Notes under the pieces: model-generated
The model's database searches: none
Told to the model about the DNA's origin: nothing
What the model saw: the letters and a program-made list of their open reading frames with translations, nothing else
Origin: Spirochaetia bacterium
GTDB taxonomy: Bacteria; Spirochaetota; Spirochaetia; SZUA-6; Bin103
Reading direction: 5' to 3'
Assembly: GCA_965203905.1 (NCBI GenBank)
Contig: CBDBDQ010000005.1
Span: forward strand, 2,848,001 to 2,912,000
DNA length: 64,000 nt
Translations under genes and position numbers: made by a program
In this document: one piece after another, positions 1 to 10,198 of the stretch
Position numbering within the stretch: position 1 is the first letter of the stretch
How the letters are laid out: each line of letters starts with the position of its first letter

Positions 1-1819
1 AGGCGGCGCGGGCGTGGCGCCGCGCGGGTCGGGAGATGCGAGCCGTGGCCAGCGAGGCGCGTCACTACGAGTCCGCCGGCAACTACGCCGCCGCGGCCAG
101 GCGTTGGCAGCAGCTCGGCGACGACGACGGCGTACTGCGCAACTGGGAGCTGGGGCGGGACTTCGGCAAGCTGGCGCAGTACCACCTGGAGCGCAACGCC
201 CGCGGCGAGGCGGCGCGCTACCTGCAGCTCGCGGGCGACCACGCGGAGGCGGCGGTGCAGTTCCGCCGTGCCGGGCTGCTGGAGCTCGCGGCGCAGGAGT
301 TCGAGCAGGCCGGCGACCACGCGCGCGCCGCGACGCTTTACCGGCGCCTGCAGGACGGCGCCGGGTTGCTACGCTGCCTGCTCCACGACGGCGCGTTCCA
401 CGACGCGGGCCTGGAATACGAACGGCGCGGCGACCTGGAGAAGGCGGCCGACTGTTTCCGCCGCTACGCGGAAGGCTCGCCCGAGGCACGGCAGGATCTG
501 GAGCGGCGTCTCGCCAAGATCACGCCCAAGCGTCCGGGGATGCGGGCCGCCATCCGGCTGGTCGCCCTGGGCCGGTTGGACGAGGCGGCGCCCATCTACG
601 CGCGGCGCGGCCACCATGAACGTGCCGCCGAGCTGTTCAGCGAGGCCGGGCGGCCCGATCACGCGGCGCTCTGCCTGGCCGAGTGCGGCCGTTATCGGGA
701 GGCGGCGGACGAGGTCCTGCGCGGCGGCGGCGGCCATGCCATCAGGGTGGCCACCTCGTATCTGGTCGACTACCTGACCAGCGACCGGTCCGCGGCGCTG
801 AATCGGATCGGCGAGCTGAACCGGACCGCCGGTCGCCTGGTGCGCAGTGCCGCCGGCGAGCAGGCGCTGGCGTACTATCTCGCCATCGACGAGGTTGGCG
901 GCCACCTCTACCTGCACGAGGTGACCACCCTGTACGCAAAGCTCGGGCGCCACGCGGAGGCGATCGGCTACGCTCTGGACCGTGATGAAGGCGGCAACGC
1001 GGACGCCTACCTGGAAGCGCGGCCCGAGCTGGTGCTGACGCTCGACGAGGTGGAATCCCTGGCACGCGGGACCAAGCTCCGACCGCCGCTGTGGCAGGAG
1101 CACCGCGCCGAGGTCATGGGCGTGCTGTTCCGGCTCCTGCACGGATGCCTGTTTCGGGGCGCGGAACCCGATCGTCGTCCCCGGATTGCCGCGCTCATGG
1201 ATGAGGTGTCCTCGACACCGTCTACATCACGCGCCTGTCCCCGGAGTTGACCGACCTGATGATCGACCTGCGGCTCTACGATCTGATCCAGACCACCGTG
1301 GGGCTGTGGGAGTACCGTGAGGACGAGGCCGGCGACGAATACGATTACTTCGAGGAGCGGTTGGAGCGGACGGTGATGGAGGAGCGCGACCCGGAGCTGG
1401 CGCTCTGCCTGCTGCTGGATGAACCGGGGGCGTTCGAAGCGGCGATCGCGCAAGTTGAGCCGACAGCGCGCAATGTGGCGCTGTTCGCGCGCAGCAGCAC
1501 GCGCTATCCGGAAGCGGCGGCGGTGCTGGTGGAGTCGGGCGCCACGCAGCGCGCCGCCGAGGTTTGCATCCGCCATCGCGACTACGCCCGCGGCGGCAGG
1601 ATCTACGATGAATCCGGCGATCTGCAGCGCGCGGGCCGCGCCTATCGCGACGGCAGGTTGTACGCCGACGCCCACCGCTGCTTTGCGGCCTGCGGCGACG
1701 AGGCCGGCGCGGCGCGCGTGTTCGAGCGTGAGTTACGCTTGGGGGAGGCGTTGGCCATCTGGAAACGGCTCGGCCGGAAGCGCGAAGTGGACCGGGTGCG
1801 CAAGAAGATGGGGCGTTAG
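1..1819 (+). CDS. TPR-repeat C-terminal portion of a paralog of the downstream RelE-helicase-TPR protein; 5' end outside the window; split by a frameshift near 1205-1245
   Basis: Frame 3 is open from position 3. AARAWRRAGREMRAVASEARHYESAG aligns with EAARIWRGAGNEMRGVACEAKHYEAAG of 1998..6434. ORFs 36..1250 and 1247..1819 align collinearly with the C-terminal ~610 aa of that protein. Confidence 0.85.
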
Positions 1820-1997
1820 GTACTCCGTACGGTAGGCGGGGCTGGGCAGAAAGCGACGCCGGTAGGCGGAGCGGCGCCGTCCACCGCAACGGCGAGCCCT
1901 GCTGTCGATCCTGTCCGACTACCTGCACCGCAGCCGGCGCCGGTGGTAGGATGGTCGGTGGGTCGCGGCTCCTGCACGGCCCGCCGGATCTGCTTCC

Positions 1998-4900
1998 ATG
2001 GTACGAAACTACACCCTGCTTCTGCACGACGCGGTGCGCGCCCACGTGGTTTCCCTGGACGTGCGGGCGAAGCAGCGCCTGCGTGAGAAGCTGGAGTTTC
2101 TGCAGGAGGGGTTGTGGGACGCCGGGGTACGGGTCAAGAAGCTCAGGGGCAGCGGCCGCGCCGTGTTCGAGGCGCGCCTCAGCCGTGGCGACCGCATCCT
2201 GTTCACCCTGGGCGAGCCGCCGGCCGCGGACGCGAGCGGCAATGGCGCCGGCGCTACCCGCATCTACGTGTGGGGGGTGGTCAAGCACGACGACGTGAGC
2301 GCCGCCGCCGAGCGCCGCATCGTGCCCGCCAACGCGCCGTTTCTCGACTTCGAGCCGGCTCTGGTGGAGGAGTTGCCGCACCTCGATGCCGGCGACCTGG
2401 GCGGCGACTATTTCTCGCCCGCGCTCGACCAGCCGCTCGCGGCGCCGGGCGCCGATGCGCCGACCGACGCGGGACCGCAGCGCTGGCTGGTGGTGGACGA
2501 GGAGGAGTGGCGCCGGCTGCAGGCGGCCCACCCGGGCGACCACCTGGAGCTGTACCTGTTTCTGACCCGCGAGCAGGCGCGGCTGCTGCACGGCGAGCCG
2601 CCGTTGCTGCTCTCCGGCACCGCCGGCAGCGGCAAGACCACGATCGCGGTCTACTTCCTCCTGCGCCACCGGGTGCGCCAGCTTGCCGCCGCGCCCGACG
2701 GCGCCGGCGAGCCGGCCGGCGGTCGGAGCATGCGCCCTGCAACCGCGGCCCGTGGTGGCGGTGCGCGCGGCCAGCTCACGCAGGGCGCTGAGGACGGGAC
2801 AGCCGTCGTGGCGAGTGCCGAGCGGGCGCTGTTTCTCACCTGCAGCCCGCACTTGAAGCGGTTTTCGGAGCGCATCTATCGCGGGCTGGTGACGGCCACC
2901 GAGTTGGAAGACGCGGCACAGGCGGTGCGCTTCGCCACCCTCGGCGAGCTGCTCGGCGAGATCATGGGCCGCGCCGGACGCCCACGGTGGCAGGCGCCGC
3001 CAGTCGGGCTGGCCGAGTTTCGCGCCATTTTCCGCAACCACCCGGGGGCGGCCCGCTACGACGCGGAGCTGGTGTGGGAGGAGATCCGCTCCATCATCAA
3101 GGGCGCCAAGCCGCCGGTGAGCCGGCGCCGGTTCGCGGAGCTGGCGGCTCGTTTCGCGGCCGCGCAGGCGGCGCAGCGCGAGCGCAACGAGCTGGCAGAG
3201 TACGTGGTGCGGCTGGGAAACCTGGAGCCGGGCGCCAGGCTCGACGGCGCGCGCGGGCGCAAGACCGGCTTCGGCTCGCTGCAGGAATTCGCCGCCAGCC
3301 TGCGTGACGGCGCGACCGTGCGGCGTGACGAGCAACTGTTTCTGCTGCAGGCGGCCCTGCGCCTGCTGGAACGGCAGTCCACGCGTCTCGACCAGCCCCT
3401 GCTCACCCTGCGCGAGTACGAGGGGCTGGGGCACAAGCGGGCGCCCAACTTCCCGTTCGACCGGCGTGAAATCCACCGCATCGCCGAGTACTACCAGGAG
3501 CGGCTCGAGGCTGACGCCCGGTTCGACGAGATCGACCAGACCCGTGCCGCCCTGCAGTACCTGGAGCGCCACGGCGACCAGTTCCGCTACGACCTGGTGG
3601 TGTGCGACGAGGTACAGGACTTCACCGACATGCAGCTCGCCCTGCTGTTCCGCCTCGCCGGCGACCCGCGCCGCACCGTGCTCACCGGGGACCCCAAGCA
3701 GATCATCAATCCGAGCGGCTTTCGCTGGGAGGAGGTCCGAGCGCGCTACTACGAGCGCGGCCTGCAGGTGCCGGAGGTGATCAATCTCAGCATCAACTTC
3801 CGCAGCGTGGGCAACATCGTCAGCCTGGCCAACAGTCTGCTGCTGCTGAAACGCAGCCTGGTCGGGCTGGCCAGCGGTGAGATCACCGAGCGCTGGACCT
3901 TCCGCGGCCGGCCCCCGCTGCTGGTCGAGGGCCTCGCCGAGCGCGAGCTGCTGGCCACGGTGCGCCGCGGGGGTGCTGGACAGGTGGTGCTGGTGCGCAC
4001 CGAGCGGGAGCGCGATCGCCTGCGCAAGGCGCTGCAGAGCGAATTGGTGTTCACGGTGGGCGAGGCCAAGGGGCTGGAGTTCGACTCGATTCTGCTGTGG
4101 CGCTTCCCGGAGGCGGAGGGGGCGCCAGCCATCTGGCGGCGCATCGCCGCGGACCAGGTGCGTGGCGCCGCCGACACGCCGCACGTCCGCCACGAGCTGA
4201 ACCTGCTGTACGTGGCGGTGACGCGGGCACGCAACACCCTGGTGATCTGGGACGGGGAGGAGGTGAGCCCGATCTGGGGCATCGAGACGCTCGCCGACCA
4301 CGTGTACCGGTCCGCCGACGGCGCCGCCGTCGATACCCTGTGGCGACGCGTTTCGACTCCTGCCGAGTGGCAGGCACAGGGCGACTACTTCATGGAACGG
4401 GAACACTTTGCAGCCGCCGAAGAGTGCTACCGCAACGCCCAGGCGGTGGTCGAGGAGGAGCTGGCGCGCGCCCACCGGCTGGAGCGGGAGGGCGATCACC
4501 AGGCGGCAGCCGGGCTGTTCATCCGCCACGGGCGGGTGGCGCGGGCGGCCGAGGGCCTGGAGCGGGCCGGCGAGCACCTGGAGGCGGCGCGCATCTGGCG
4601 CGGTGCCGGCAACGAGATGCGTGGCGTCGCCTGCGAGGCGAAGCACTACGAAGCGGCCGGCGACCATGCCGCCGCCGCCGCCCGCTGGCAGCAGCTGGGG
4701 GTGGAGGAGGGGATGCTGCGCAACTGGGAGCGGGGCCGCGAGTTCCGCAAGCTGGCCGGGTTCTACCTGGAGCGGGAGGTTCCCGGGGAGGCGGCGCGCT
4801 ACCTCAAGCTGTGCGGCGACCACGCGCGGGCGGCGGAGCAGTTTCGCCGCGCCGGGATGCTGAGGTCGTCGGCCGCGGAGTACGAGGTGGCCGGCGACCA

Positions 4901-6434
4901 CGAGCGCGCCGCGGTGCTCTACCGGCGGCTGGGCGACAACGACGGGCTGCTGCGCAGCCTGTTCCACGCCGGCCTGTTCCACGATGCCGGGCTGCTGTAC
5001 GAGAAGCGGGGCGACCTGGAACGCGCCACCGACTGCTTCCGCCGCTATGCCGAGAGTTCGCCGCAGGCGCGTCAGGACCTGGAGCGGCGGCTCGAGGGCA
5101 TTGTCCAGAAGCATCCGGGGATGCGGGCCGCGATCCGCATGGTCGCCCTGGGCCAGCCTGAACGCGCCGCGCCGATCTACTTCCGCAACGGCCATCCGGA
5201 GCGTGCCGCGGAACTGTTCCGGGCCGCCGGACAGCGCCAGTCGGCCGCGCTGTGCCTGGCCGAGTGCGGGAGCCACCGGGAGGCCGCCCGCGAGGTCGCT
5301 GCCGGCGGCAGCGACGAGGATGTCCAGGAGGCCGCCAAGTACCTCGTCACCTACCTGGCCAGCGGCGACCCGGAGAAGCAGGACCGGGCCGGTGATCTGC
5401 TGCGTACCGGGGGCCGGCTGTTGCGCTCCGGGAACTATCAGCTGGCGCTGGCGCACTACCTGGCGGTGGGTTCCGCGCGCGGCGGCGTCTACATGCAGGA
5501 AGTGACCGCCGCCTACGCCGGGCTGGAGCGTCACGCCCTGGCCCTGGAGTATTGTCTGCACCTCAACCGCGGCGCCAGTGCAGCCGCCTACCTGGACGCG
5601 CGTCCCGAACTGGTGCTGGCGCCGTCGGAGGTGGAATCGCTGGTGCGCGGCCCCGGAGAGGGTACGGGCCCCGAAGGGCGTACGCGGCTCGAGAGTGAGG
5701 ACGAGGCCATCGAGGGTGTGCTGTTTCGGCTCATGCACGGCTGCCTGTTTCGCGGTACGGCGCCTGACCGCCGGCAGCGGATGGCCGCGCTGCTGCGCTT
5801 GTTGCCGGCCCACTACGGCCATGCCTGCCCGCTGTTCGTCGAGCTGAGTGACCTCATCGTCGAGCTGCGCCGCTACGACGTGATCATCGACATCCACACC
5901 TCGCGGATGGTCCGGCAGCCACCGGCGGACGAATTGCATGACCATCTCGTAAGCCGCCTGCAACGGACGGCAGAGGAACAGCAGGATCGGGATCTGGCGC
6001 TGTGCACGCTGCTGGACGATCTCCCGGCGTTCGACGCCGGGCTGAACGAACTCGAGGTGAGCGAGCGCAACGTGGAGCTGTTCGCGCACAGTGGGCGGCA
6101 CTATGCCGCGGCCGTAGCGTTTCTGCTGGAGCAGGGCGCTGCCGACAGGGCAGCGTCGGTGTGCATGAGCCAGGACGACTACGCCGGTGCCGGGAAGATC
6201 TACGAGCAGGCCGGGGACTTGGCCCTGGCGGGGCGCGTCTATCGCGACGGCATGTGTTTCGCCGACGCGTTACGCTGTTTCGACGCAATCGGCGACGAGG
6301 TGGAAACGGCGCGCGTCTACGAGCGCGAGCGACGCTACGACGAAGCGTTGGCGATCTGGCAGCGGCGCGGGTGCGAGCAGGACGTCGAGCGGGTACGCAG
6401 CGAGATGGCGCGGCGCAGCGGCGACGCCTTTTGA
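1998..6434 (+). CDS. RelE-like domain + SF1 (UvrD-like) helicase + TPR repeats; TRANK1-like protein
   Basis: Helicase motifs: Walker A SGTAGSGKTT, Walker B VVCDEVQD, LTGDPKQ, LSINFRS, TVGEAKGLEFD and LYVAVTRAR. The N-terminus has VKKLRG..VFEARLSRGDRILF (RelE-like). The tail is A/G/Y-patterned TPR-like sequence. Confidence 0.9.
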   Translation: MVRNYTLLLHDAVRAHVVSLDVRAKQRLREKLEFLQEGLWDAGVRVKKLRGSGRAVFEARLSRGDRILFTLGEPPAADASGNGAGATRIYVWGVVKHDDVSAAAERRIVPANAPFLDFEPALVEELPHLDAGDLGGDYFSPALDQPLAAPGADAPTDAGPQRWLVVDEEEWRRLQAAHPGDHLELYLFLTREQARLLHGEPPLLLSGTAGSGKTTIAVYFLLRHRVRQLAAAPDGAGEPAGGRSMRPATAARGGGARGQLTQGAEDGTAVVASAERALFLTCSPHLKRFSERIYRGLVTATELEDAAQAVRFATLGELLGEIMGRAGRPRWQAPPVGLAEFRAIFRNHPGAARYDAELVWEEIRSIIKGAKPPVSRRRFAELAARFAAAQAAQRERNELAEYVVRLGNLEPGARLDGARGRKTGFGSLQEFAASLRDGATVRRDEQLFLLQAALRLLERQSTRLDQPLLTLREYEGLGHKRAPNFPFDRREIHRIAEYYQERLEADARFDEIDQTRAALQYLERHGDQFRYDLVVCDEVQDFTDMQLALLFRLAGDPRRTVLTGDPKQIINPSGFRWEEVRARYYERGLQVPEVINLSINFRSVGNIVSLANSLLLLKRSLVGLASGEITERWTFRGRPPLLVEGLAERELLATVRRGGAGQVVLVRTERERDRLRKALQSELVFTVGEAKGLEFDSILLWRFPEAEGAPAIWRRIAADQVRGAADTPHVRHELNLLYVAVTRARNTLVIWDGEEVSPIWGIETLADHVYRSADGAAVDTLWRRVSTPAEWQAQGDYFMEREHFAAAEECYRNAQAVVEEELARAHRLEREGDHQAAAGLFIRHGRVARAAEGLERAGEHLEAARIWRGAGNEMRGVACEAKHYEAAGDHAAAAARWQQLGVEEGMLRNWERGREFRKLAGFYLEREVPGEAARYLKLCGDHARAAEQFRRAGMLRSSAAEYEVAGDHERAAVLYRRLGDNDGLLRSLFHAGLFHDAGLLYEKRGDLERATDCFRRYAESSPQARQDLERRLEGIVQKHPGMRAAIRMVALGQPERAAPIYFRNGHPERAAELFRAAGQRQSAALCLAECGSHREAAREVAAGGSDEDVQEAAKYLVTYLASGDPEKQDRAGDLLRTGGRLLRSGNYQLALAHYLAVGSARGGVYMQEVTAAYAGLERHALALEYCLHLNRGASAAAYLDARPELVLAPSEVESLVRGPGEGTGPEGRTRLESEDEAIEGVLFRLMHGCLFRGTAPDRRQRMAALLRLLPAHYGHACPLFVELSDLIVELRRYDVIIDIHTSRMVRQPPADELHDHLVSRLQRTAEEQQDRDLALCTLLDDLPAFDAGLNELEVSERNVELFAHSGRHYAAAVAFLLEQGAADRAASVCMSQDDYAGAGKIYEQAGDLALAGRVYRDGMCFADALRCFDAIGDEVETARVYERERRYDEALAIWQRRGCEQDVERVRSEMARRSGDAF

Positions 6435-6444
6435 CACCGGGCGC

Positions 6445-7992
6445 TCAACTCCACCGGTAGCTGTAGAGCCGGCTGCGCGTCAGCAGGAAGCGGATCTTCA
6501 CCGCTCCGCTCACGGTGGAGAGGCCGCCGTCGTTCCAGGTAACCCGCCGCTCCAGCTCGTCTCCGCGCAGCGCCACGCACTGCCGGCGCGAGAACCCGTC
6601 CAGCACCGTGCCGTCGGGCGCGCAAAGCTCCACCAGCACCTGTCCGCCGGCCGCGTCGGCGTTCACCGTGAGCTCCCGCGTTCCCGGCGGCAGCGTCACC
6701 GGCTTGGTGGTGACCACCCCGGTTTCGGCGGCGTGCAGGGCGACGAAGCGGTCGCGCCGCCAGGTGGCGCGTGCCAGGTACTTGACCCGCTTCTCCAGGT
6801 CGGTCTCGCCGTGGCCGTGCTCGCAGCCGGTGTAGTACCAGTGGATCGCGTCGCCTTCGATGACTGGCTCCTTGGCGGTGCCGATGATCATGCCCCGGTC
6901 GAAGGCGTCGCCCTCGCCGCGCGGGATTGCCGGGGTGCGCTCGCGGTCGGCGTGGGTCCAGCTCATCCCGTCGCGGCTGTACACCAGTTGCGCATCGATC
7001 GGGCCGTCGCAGGGCATCTGGTTCTTCTCGTTGGGTATCTTCTCCGCACGCACGTACAGCGCTCCCACCAGGCCGAGATGGAGGTGGTGGTAACGGAACG
7101 CCGACAGGTCATAGTACTCGGCGCGCAGTGCGCCGTAGCGGCGCCAGGCCACCGCGTCGTCCCAGCCGGTCGGCTCCAGCACCGGGCACGACTCCTTCCA
7201 GGGACCCTCCAGCGCCGGACTCTCCGTGTAGCAGATGATGCGGCGATCGTCGCGGTCGCCGCTGCGCTCGATGGAGTAGGCGCGGTACACCCGGTCGCGG
7301 GGATCCCAGGTGACGTTGAAGGCACCCTCGTTGCCGCGCGCGGTCACCGGCTGCAGGTGGTGGCGGTCGTCCCAGCGGATGCCGTCGGCCGAGGTGAGCA
7401 GGAAGATGCCCTTGTAGCGGCGGCAGTAGCCGATCGCCTTGTAGCGTTTCTCGGGGTCGGGCTCGGTGCGGTCGATGAACACCGAGGCGCCGTGCAGGTC
7501 CCACACGATGTTGTTGTCGGGGCTGCCGTTGAAGGTGAAGATGCCGAGATCGGGCTTGACCCAGTCCAGGCCGTCGTCGCTCTCCGCGTACAGGGTGAGG
7601 TCGCCGCGGTCGTTGTTCTGCAGGGCCCGACCGTGGCGGTCATGGGTCACGCCGTTGCAGTGGAAGGGACGTTCGTCGGTGCGCGGAATGTACAGGCCCG
7701 GGATCTGGTAGTTGCCCGCCGGGAAGCGCCAGTGCGGGCCCATGCGGCCCATGTACCACATGCGGTACTTGCCGATCAGGTCGTCGTAAAGCACGGTCCC
7801 GTAGAGGTGGATGCGCTTGCTCATGCCGGCGCCGCAGTACTCCCACGGCTTGTCGCGGTCGGGAGCCACCAGCACCGGGCTCTTGCTCCCGACCTGCACC
7901 TCGCGGCGGATGCCGTGCTGCTCCTGGATCAGCGCCTCGTCCAGCAGCAGGACCGGGGCTGCCGTCCACGCGTCGCCTTGGTGGCGCAGCAT
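6445..7992 (-). CDS. Hypothetical glycoside-hydrolase-like beta-propeller protein (GH32/43/130-like fold)
   Basis: Asp-box-like motifs YAESDDGLDWVKP, SADGIRW and SRDGMSW; C-terminal beta-sandwich (ELTVNADA..G...VEL); similar to 54718..56172. Confidence 0.7.
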   Translation of the reverse strand: MLRHQGDAWTAAPVLLLDEALIQEQHGIRREVQVGSKSPVLVAPDRDKPWEYCGAGMSKRIHLYGTVLYDDLIGKYRMWYMGRMGPHWRFPAGNYQIPGLYIPRTDERPFHCNGVTHDRHGRALQNNDRGDLTLYAESDDGLDWVKPDLGIFTFNGSPDNNIVWDLHGASVFIDRTEPDPEKRYKAIGYCRRYKGIFLLTSADGIRWDDRHHLQPVTARGNEGAFNVTWDPRDRVYRAYSIERSGDRDDRRIICYTESPALEGPWKESCPVLEPTGWDDAVAWRRYGALRAEYYDLSAFRYHHLHLGLVGALYVRAEKIPNEKNQMPCDGPIDAQLVYSRDGMSWTHADRERTPAIPRGEGDAFDRGMIIGTAKEPVIEGDAIHWYYTGCEHGHGETDLEKRVKYLARATWRRDRFVALHAAETGVVTTKPVTLPPGTRELTVNADAAGGQVLVELCAPDGTVLDGFSRRQCVALRGDELERRVTWNDGGLSTVSGAVKIRFLLTRSRLYSYRWS

Positions 7993-7994
7993 TG

Positions 7995-8879
7995 CTACAG
8001 GGCCAGGGACGGGGTGCGCAGCGCCGTCGCCGGGTCCGCGCCGCGGCCGTTGCCGCCGGCGGCGATCCAGGGACGGTAGCGGTACTTCGTGCGGTCCTGG
8101 AAGCGCCGGTCGGCGGCGCGGGCGGAGAGCGCCAGCTCCACCACCTGGGCGCGGCGGCGGATCTGCTCGGCGGCAAATGCTCCCTCTACCGTGGGACGCG
8201 CGTGGTAGCCGAAGTAGACGGTCACGCGCTGCTCCGGCGAACGATTGGTGAACGAGCCGTGCACCAGGTTGCGGCTGTGGACGATCACGTCGCCGGCTGC
8301 CACCGGTACCGGAATCGATCCCGGCAGCCGCTCACCGTGGCTGGCGATCTGGGCCGCGATGTCCACCCGGCCATTGCGATGGCTGCCGGGCACCACGTAC
8401 AGGCAGCCGTTGCTCTCGTCCGAGTGGTACAGGTAGATGCCGAAGTTCACGCCGCGCTCGGGCACCTCGCCGGTGGCGAAGCGGCCATCCTGGTGCCAGG
8501 CGAACGGCGCGCCGACGTGCGGCAGCTTGATCACGACCGACTCCGCGAACGGCACCCAGTCGGGCCCGTACAGCGCCTCCACCGCCTGCAGCAGCCGCGG
8601 ATTGGCGTACACCTTCAGCACGTCGGCGGAGCGAGCCAGCGGCGTACTGATGCGGTTCAACACCGGCGAACCCTCGTCGGGCGGCAGAAACGAGTAGTCG
8701 TTGGGGTAGGGGACAGGGTTGCCCTCCCGGTCGTGGGGACGGTCCGGTCCCACCGGAGCCTGGTCCAGCAGTCGGCGCACCGCATCGCGTAGCAGCGCAA
8801 CCTCGGCGCCGCTCACCAGGCCGCGGACGACCACGTAGCCGTGGCGGCGGTAGTGGGCGACCTGCTCGGGACTCAGCAT
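7995..8879 (-). CDS. Phytanoyl-CoA dioxygenase (PhyH) family Fe(II)/2OG oxygenase
   Basis: Motifs MLSPEQVAHYRRHGY, WHQD, SNGCLYVVPGSH and GDVIVH...VHGS. It is the C-terminal part of track ORF 7995..11513, with ATG at 8879. Confidence 0.88.
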   Translation of the reverse strand: MLSPEQVAHYRRHGYVVVRGLVSGAEVALLRDAVRRLLDQAPVGPDRPHDREGNPVPYPNDYSFLPPDEGSPVLNRISTPLARSADVLKVYANPRLLQAVEALYGPDWVPFAESVVIKLPHVGAPFAWHQDGRFATGEVPERGVNFGIYLYHSDESNGCLYVVPGSHRNGRVDIAAQIASHGERLPGSIPVPVAAGDVIVHSRNLVHGSFTNRSPEQRVTVYFGYHARPTVEGAFAAEQIRRRAQVVELALSARAADRRFQDRTKYRYRPWIAAGGNGRGADPATALRTPSLAL

Positions 8880-8917
8880 GGCCGCAGTATGCCGGCCGGG
8901 AGCGCGCGGCGCCAGCG

Positions 8918-10192
8918 TCAGCGGCGCGCCACCCGCGGGTCGGCGATGGTGCGCAGCAACAGCCAGCCGAGCAGCGACAGCACCACGCCGGCGATGAACA
9001 CCGGCCGGAAGTCGGCCACGTCGATCAGCCAGCCGCCGAGGATGGGCGCGGCCAGGGCGGGGGCGGCGAGCAGGGTGGTGGTGAGCGCCACGTAGGTGGG
9101 AACCCGGCCGCCGGCGCCCAGGTCCATGGTCAGGGCCGGCCGCGCCACCTTGATGCCGGCGTCGGAGACGGTAAGCAGCGCGAACGCGGCGTACATCCAC
9201 CCCGCGCCGGGCGCGAACACCATCACCAGGCCGGCGGCCGCACACAGCAGCGCCGCCACCTCGATCGCCGAGCGGTGGCCGAAGCGGTCGCCCCACCAGC
9301 CCAGCAGCGGCGTGCCGAGGGCCTGGCTGATCAGCGCCGCCATGGTGAGGGAGGCGGCGAAGGCGTCGCTGACGGCGAATGTCTCCCTCCCGTACACGAT
9401 GTAGAAGGTGACTCCCAGGGTGCCGAAGATCACCAGGAGCTGGCTCACCAGGAAGCGTGCGAAGTTGGGGTCTCCGCGCAGCACCGCCGGCAGTTCTCTC
9501 AGGTAGGCGCCGAGGCGTATCCGGGGACGGTCGGCACGGCGCGGCGGCTCGCGGTTCAGCGTCAGGAAGCTCCAGGAAATCGCCTGACCGGCGAAGGCCA
9601 GCAGGAAGCACAGCCCGAACGACACAGGGAAGGCCACCGTATCCAGGATGTGGCGCGCCAGCAGCGCACCGGCCGCGCCCATCAGCCCACCGAACGCGCT
9701 GCCGAGCCCGAACATCAGCCCCTTGCGGTCGGGATGGATGATGTTGGCCAGCATGGCGCGCCAGGCCGGGCTGGCAACGCCGACCGCGCCCTGCGAGAAC
9801 AGCAGCATGGCCACCAGGAAGGCATAGGAGAACCACGCCGGCGCCGTCGGCCACAGCAGGATGCCGAGCGCGAGGATCAGCCACGGCACGCGCTCGAACA
9901 CGCTGACCTTCACGATCCACGGTTTCTTCCGCTCCAGCGACTCGGCGCGCGCCGCCATCAGGATCTGCGGCACGTGGGACGCCACGATGTAGACGGCGGG
10001 GATGAGCCCGATCAGGACCCGCGACTCGGTCAGGTAGCTGACGTAGAGGGGCAGGATCGTGGAGATGAACACGAAGCTGCCGGCCAGGTTGACGAACGAC
10101 AGGTCGCCGATGTTGACCCAGAAGTTCCAGCCCGCGTTGCGGCGCACTGCCGCCCGGTAGGCGTCGTCGTCGAAGCGCCCGGATGCGATCAC
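8918..10192 (-). CDS. MFS transporter
   Basis: About 12 hydrophobic segments; GWWGDRFGHR MFS motif A. Confidence 0.88.
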   Translation of the reverse strand: MIASGRFDDDAYRAAVRRNAGWNFWVNIGDLSFVNLAGSFVFISTILPLYVSYLTESRVLIGLIPAVYIVASHVPQILMAARAESLERKKPWIVKVSVFERVPWLILALGILLWPTAPAWFSYAFLVAMLLFSQGAVGVASPAWRAMLANIIHPDRKGLMFGLGSAFGGLMGAAGALLARHILDTVAFPVSFGLCFLLAFAGQAISWSFLTLNREPPRRADRPRIRLGAYLRELPAVLRGDPNFARFLVSQLLVIFGTLGVTFYIVYGRETFAVSDAFAASLTMAALISQALGTPLLGWWGDRFGHRSAIEVAALLCAAAGLVMVFAPGAGWMYAAFALLTVSDAGIKVARPALTMDLGAGGRVPTYVALTTTLLAAPALAAPILGGWLIDVADFRPVFIAGVVLSLLGWLLLRTIADPRVARR

Positions 10193-10198
10193 CGGCGG

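Noticed and set aside
1227-6101. 1624-aa minus-strand ORF, and similar long ORFs such as 18048..20957, 52349..54694, 9275..11524 and 6187..8079
   Set aside because: These are antisense shadows of real genes, expected in high-GC DNA, and have no recognisable motifs.
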